Origin: Candidatus Eiseniibacteriota bacterium
GTDB taxonomy: Bacteria > Eisenbacteria > RBG-16-71-46 > CAIMUX01 > VGJL01
Direction: 5' to 3'
Assembly: GCA_963792585.1 (NCBI GenBank)
Contig: CAWBWI010000003.1
Location: forward strand, 576,001-640,000
DNA: 64,000 nucleotides
Below the pieces are notes generated by a model. The model saw nothing but the letters and a program-made list of their open reading frames with translations. It was not told the DNA's origin and searched no databases. Within the stretch, counting starts at the first letter, position 1, and each line of letters begins with the position of its first letter. The position numbers and the translations under genes were made by a program. Shown here one piece after another: positions 58,927 through 64,000 of the stretch.

Positions 58927-61380
58927 GGAGCAGCCGCGTGCTGCTGATACCAGGTTACGTCCGTCAGGCCAATTGCGCCGTCGGGATTCATGTCCCCTTC
59001 ATGCAAGGGCGATCCTGAGTTGAAGGCCGCGTTGAACGTGGTCTCGTCCGTCGCGTTGATCACTCCATCCCCATTCTCATCCGGGCTCGAGATCGATGAG
59101 AAGGTCCTGAACTTGTAGAACGTGCCGTCGTTGAAGTAGTCGATCCAGATCGTGACCACATCGCCGCCGCCGAGGTCCGCGTAGCTTCCACCGGTATTCA
59201 GTCCGGCCGCGTATGTCCATTTGCCGGCCACGTCACCGAGCCCGTGAACGGGAAGGTTCCCGGTGCTGCCGTTGCCAGCGGCCGCCGCGATGTCCATCGG
59301 CATTCTGCTGTTGGTCCACTTTTCAATCGGAGTACCTCCTCCGTCCTTCAAAACGACGGACAGCCTGTACCTGTACCCCGAGGGGACGGTGTTGTTCTTC
59401 GGGCTCCGCCCGACCGAGACCGGGAACACAGAACGCTGTGGATGGGGCATCATCGGTGTCATCACGACTGGCTGCTCTACCCCGTTGACCTGCATTGTCG
59501 CTGGGAAGAACGGACCGACCCAGCAACTCTGGATCTCGGCTGGTTCACCGTCCATGGTGAGCAGATCTGGCCCGAAGGTAACCGTCCCCCGATTGGTCGT
59601 GGACTTCAGGGATACGACCAGATAGTCGTCCACACTAACTCGGGAGCCGTTCGCCAGAAGCCCGCTTGTGATGTCCTCCCAGCGAGCCACCGAGCCGCTG
59701 AACCGGAGGACCATGTTGTGGGCGTCGGTCTTCACAATGTGCCCGTCCACGTCGACGACGATGGTGCCGGTCGAATCAAGAGCCTTCGTGATGATGACGT
59801 CCAACGCTCCGTTGGTCAGGACCTTCCGAGCGCGGGCCGGACCGCCGGAGACGATGACGGCGTCGGATACATCGCTCGGACGCGGTTGCCCGACGTCGTA
59901 GAGATAGAGGTCGGACTGTTGAACGAGCGAGTTCCCCGCTGGATCGTATTGGACTGACAGGCGTTTGTGGGTAGGCCAGTGGGTGTAGTTGCTGTTGCTG
60001 TTGTTCCCGGAGGGGGTGAACGACGACTGGCTGATCGATTGCGGACCGCTAAGCAGGTCGAGGTGAGCTCCGACCAGGCCGTCCTCCCATTCCACTGGTC
60101 CTGTCTGCGGATCGGCGATGCCGAAGCCCGTATCGGTGGGGGCATGCCACAACCACGCAAACTGCGGATTGGACACACCGGGAACGTAGAGGTCGTCGTC
60201 GATGTAAAAGGACGGCGGCTGCCCCGAATGCTCCATGATCGTCACCTCCCGAATGGCATTGGCCGACGGGACCAGCGATGATCCGTTGCAAGCCGAATTA
60301 CTGCTGCACAAGGAGCATTCGGGAGTCACACATCCGGGGTCACCGTGGCAGCAATCCTTGCTCCAGGCTCGTGAATTGTCCCCCGTGAGGTAATAGATCG
60401 CGCTCCCGCTCGTCACACTCATCGATGTGCCAAAGCGATGGTCAGCGTCGATCATGTCTGTCCCGATACCGTTGACGAGCATTGCGTTGTGACCTTCGGA
60501 CATGAAGGACTTCTTTTCGTTGTACGGTCTTTGGCAGTTGCGAAAACCAGAATAGCCGGAGTCGTAAAACAGTGGACGTCCCTTGTAGAAGATCGTAATC
60601 GCGTTTTGATCATGCTGCGCGTGCCCAAAGTAACGACCGATGCTTGCGTCGCTAGCCTTTGGCTTCCGACACTCCATCGTTGCGAGAGCCCCGATCGGAT
60701 CCGCGACGAGAGTCCCATTGCTAAACGTCCAGAAGCCACTCTTCCAGATCGCCAAGCCTCTTCCCCTGAAGAGCTTCATCTTGGTCAAGCTCGATGGATC
60801 GATGAAGGCGTTGGACGGAACGTTGTCCTCTGGCCAACCGAGAAGAATGGCGACGGGGTTGTATTCGCGCGCCCGCTGCGCCGCGGGGTAGGAGGTCGCT
60901 GGATCTCCAATGAACGGCGTCGCTGCGAGGTTTGCTAGCGGATTGGTGACGCTAAACGTCTCACCTAGCGCGGTGGTCCAGGTTGCCGGGGGGTAGTGGG
61001 TCCGGAAGAGGTACGTCGCCGCCATTGGCCGCGGAGCGTACCTCAGGGCCATGAGCCATGGCCAGCTCCTCCAGTTCAAGGGATTCAGGCCATAGTGATT
61101 CGAGAACGTGTCATTGAGGGGCGTCGACCACCACGGGTCGTTCCCAAGCTGTTGGTAGACGAGCCGGGTGGCGGCCTACTGTACGCTTCTTTGGGGCGCC
61201 GTATTGACCCGGTAAGTGGACAGCATGAAGCTGTCATTCAGCCGGTCGACGGCGAGTGCATACGGCAGCGCCACATTCATCCCATACCAGGATTACATGA
61301 CACCGTCCATGCCTGCTCCATCCATATCGAAGCCTGTGTCGAAGTAGGTCGTCACCCGATTCGCTGCGTCCAGGAGCCCC
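58923..61380 (-). pseudogene. Heparinase II/III-like protein with dockerin-like tail, 5'-truncated with two nonsense codons
   Basis: GHAQHDQNA..DSGY, GHNAMLVNG, DENGDGVINATD; the same frame continues upstream through TAG (61176-78) and TAA (61293-95). Confidence 0.7.
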
Positions 61381-61556
61381 TGACGGGACGGAGAAGTGCC
61401 CTTCGACCCCCATTCAACGGGTGCGACCGCCGCTCCCCCATCGCGACCTATCCAAACGTTTCCGATGACGACGCTTCCCGACTCTGCTATCCTTGTGAAC
61501 GAACGGACGAACCGGAGACACCCCCCTCCCCGGATTTCAAGCCGACGGGGGTGGTC

Positions 61557-64000
61557 ATGAGCCGAGCCGCTTCGTTTATCTTCCTCGCATTTCTCATCCT
61601 CTCCCTACCCGCCCATGCGTATTCGCCAAATGGGCCCCGCTTGCAGACGACGCGCTCCGACCTCGGGGGTGTCTCATTCGAAGTCACGTTCGAAGACCTG
61701 GCTGTGGTCGATCTCATGGTCGATGGCCTGGTCTTCCATCGAATCGAGATTCCTGGCGGCGGCTCGGTCGGTACGGATGGCGAACCGGAGATCCCTGTGC
61801 TGGGTCAGATGATCGCGATCCCCGACGGGATGGGAATCCGAATTCACACCGAGGTGATCGAGGAGGAGGAGCGGGGGGGGATCCTGCTCGCGCCATTCCA
61901 CGAGGTAATCGAGCGGGAATTCGCACGCGACGCCGCTGCCTACGCTCGCGACGAGTTCCTGCCGGAGGAGTCCGCCCGCATCTCGCCGCCGGCGACGATT
62001 GCCGGGATCCGCATTGCATCCATCCTATTGCAGCCGGTCTCGTACAACCCTGCGCAACAACGTCTGAGGATCGCCCGCAAGATGATCCTGACTGTCGACT
62101 TCGTCCCGCAGGCGGGTGAGAAACCGGGGGCACAACTAAGCCGCCCGATTGCACGCTCCTTCGCATCGATGCTGCGGCCACTTATCCCGAACCTCGATAC
62201 CGTCCTCGGCAACCGCGCGGTCTCTGCGGGCACATGGGTGCTCATCGAGCCGGACGATGCTGCGGTGGAGTCCCGGCTCCAACCCCTCGTCGATTGGCGG
62301 ATCCGAATGGGCCTCCCGGTGCGGGTGGCAACGACCGCCGAAACCGGGACGACGAGCGCAAGTATCAAAGCCTGGCTCCAAAACGGATACGATACGTGGC
62401 CATCGCCCCCCGAGTACGTCGTCCTCGCGGGAGATGCGACGGCCCCCTACCAGATTCCAACGTGGTTCGAGAATCTATCGGGCTACGACGGCGAAGGGGA
62501 TTTCCCGTATGTCCAGCTAGACGGCCCCGACGCGCTGCCCGACGCGCACATCGGAAGACTCTCCTTCTCCACGCTGACCGAGCTGGAGGCGATCGTATCC
62601 AAGATCACGGGTTATGAGGCGTCGCCCTACATCACCGATCCGGATTGGTTCCGCCGCGCCTGCCTGATCGCGGATCCCGGGGCATCCTCCTTCGCCAGCG
62701 CCCATATCCTCCAGCATTGGGTGAGGGCCCGGCTGCTCGATTTGGGATATGCCGAAGTCGATACCGCGTTCGGGATGCCGCTGATTCCACTGATGCAGGA
62801 GCAGATGAACAGGGGGGACACGATCATCTGCTACCGAGGGACCTATCAGATGAGCGGATGGTCGAATAGCCTGACCTATGGTCTCACCAACGGCTGGCGC
62901 CTGCCCTTCCTCGTCGCCGTCACGTGCGAGACCGGCAGTTTCCATGCTGAGGGGGCCTCACTCATCGAGGGGTTCCTGCGCGCGAACGCAGGCGTCAACA
63001 ACCCACGGGGCGCGATCGGCGCGATCGGTTCCGCTACTCCCGGCACCCATACCCGTTACAACAACTGCCTCACCTACGGGATCTACCAAGGTTTGCTCTA
63101 TGAAGGTGACCGCACGCTCGGCGCAGCCTTCGCTCGGGGCAAGTTGGAGATGTACCGAAACTACCAGGCGACCGAGCCGGATCAGGTGATGATCTGGGCG
63201 CACTGGAACAACCTGATGGGAGACCCGGCGGTCGAGTGCTGGACCGGCTACCCCGAACCACTGTCGGTGGAGTATCCGTCGAGTCTGCCGGTGGGTGGCA
63301 ACGCAGTCGCTGTCCATATCACGCGAGCGGGCGTCCCCGAAGCGGCCGCGCGCGTCTGCCTGTGGGATGGGACCACGCAAGTGATCGGATTGGCCGATGA
63401 CAACGGCCGCGTTGAACTTTCCTACCACCCCGTTGCGGCGGGGAGCGCCACATTGACCGTCACTGCCCACGACCGACATCCCTTCCAGGCGACGATTCCG
63501 ATCGTCGATGAGGAGTCCTTCATCGCTCTCGAATCGAGCACCGTCGACGACGATGCCATTGACGAAAGCCAAGGCAATGGAGATCAGACCGCGAATCCAG
63601 GCGAGACGATCGAGCTGTCCGTTCGGCTCCGCAACTACGGCACAGCGCCGGAAACCGGGGTGACGGCGACCCTCACATCCGAGGATCCGTACGTGACGAT
63701 CTCGGATGCGGAGGAGTCGTTCGGCGACATCGAGCCGGGGGGTGCGGCCGTAAGCGGGGATGACTTCGGGTTCGTAGTCGCCTCCGGTTGTCCCGACGCC
63801 CGGGTCGTTCGTTTCGGTCTCGAGATCGACGCGGGTCAGCGATCATGGCATTCGTTGATCGACCTGCCCTTCGCCGCCCCCGCGTTCGCCGCTTCGGGCA
63901 CGAGCATCCAGGACCAAGGCGGCAACGGAATCTTGGACCCCGCCGAGTCGGGGTCGCTCGTAGTTCAGATTCGAAACCAGGGGACGATGGATGCCGCCGG
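61557..64000 (+). CDS. Gingipain-type C25 cysteine peptidase (propeptide + catalytic domain), runs off window
   Basis: Manual translation: signal peptide, GEPEIPV propeptide, PPEYVVLAGD, DAHIGRLS, CYRG, TCETGSF, NLMGDPA. Confidence 0.9.
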   Translation, partial: MSRAASFIFLAFLILSLPAHAYSPNGPRLQTTRSDLGGVSFEVTFEDLAVVDLMVDGLVFHRIEIPGGGSVGTDGEPEIPVLGQMIAIPDGMGIRIHTEVIEEEERGGILLAPFHEVIEREFARDAAAYARDEFLPEESARISPPATIAGIRIASILLQPVSYNPAQQRLRIARKMILTVDFVPQAGEKPGAQLSRPIARSFASMLRPLIPNLDTVLGNRAVSAGTWVLIEPDDAAVESRLQPLVDWRIRMGLPVRVATTAETGTTSASIKAWLQNGYDTWPSPPEYVVLAGDATAPYQIPTWFENLSGYDGEGDFPYVQLDGPDALPDAHIGRLSFSTLTELEAIVSKITGYEASPYITDPDWFRRACLIADPGASSFASAHILQHWVRARLLDLGYAEVDTAFGMPLIPLMQEQMNRGDTIICYRGTYQMSGWSNSLTYGLTNGWRLPFLVAVTCETGSFHAEGASLIEGFLRANAGVNNPRGAIGAIGSATPGTHTRYNNCLTYGIYQGLLYEGDRTLGAAFARGKLEMYRNYQATEPDQVMIWAHWNNLMGDPAVECWTGYPEPLSVEYPSSLPVGGNAVAVHITRAGVPEAAARVCLWDGTTQVIGLADDNGRVELSYHPVAAGSATLTVTAHDRHPFQATIPIVDEESFIALESSTVDDDAIDESQGNGDQTANPGETIELSVRLRNYGTAPETGVTATLTSEDPYVTISDAEESFGDIEPGGAAVSGDDFGFVVASGCPDARVVRFGLEIDAGQRSWHSLIDLPFAAPAFAASGTSIQDQGGNGILDPAESGSLVVQIRNQGTMDAA

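Larger units (their letters stand above)
653..61380. mobile_element. Composite integrative genomic/defence island inserted in comM (right boundary uncertain)
   Basis: Split comM at left; serine recombinase, RuvC, RadC, DUF932, IS remnants and defence cargo inside; 5' half of comM is not in the window. Confidence 0.6.

Overview
GC-rich bacterial window. The secreted FlgD-Ig-tailed proteins and a gingipain-type C25 peptidase suggest an FCB-group host such as Eisenbacteria/Latescibacteria (inference). Most of the window is a mosaic genomic island whose left end interrupts comM/yifB at its CPCG motif (~653). The island backbone has a large serine recombinase with two small paralogous flanking genes, a DnaA box, an XRE HTH, twin wHTH proteins, twin RuvC-like nucleases, and an SSAP-like/PD-(D/E)XK/RadC/DUF932 operon. 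Cargo is defence-like: a Gabija-type OLD nuclease + UvrD pair, a papain-like protease, a LexA-led operon ending in a TPR-GreAB-PIN protein, a HEPN protein, an AbrB/RelE toxin-antitoxin pair and an AlbA_2/Schlafen protein. The most unusual feature is a tightly coupled ~11 kb operon at 31263-42287. It encodes a B12-binding radical SAM, a MoaA-like radical SAM lacking the Moco GG tail, a LysRS paralogue with a remodelled amino-acid pocket, an MccF-like S66 peptidase, a glycosyltransferase, an RmlD-HAD fusion, an HhH glycosylase-like protein, a PrmC-like methyltransferase, a WYL regulator and a membrane protein. A perfect CTGACA-N6-TGTCAG palindrome overlaps its first RBS. It is a candidate undescribed nucleotide-modifying biosynthetic or defence system. 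The right end holds an RHS/YD protein, secreted proteins, IS remnants and the C25 peptidase gene. No rRNA, tRNA or CRISPR array was seen. All family calls come from motifs read by eye; no database search was run.
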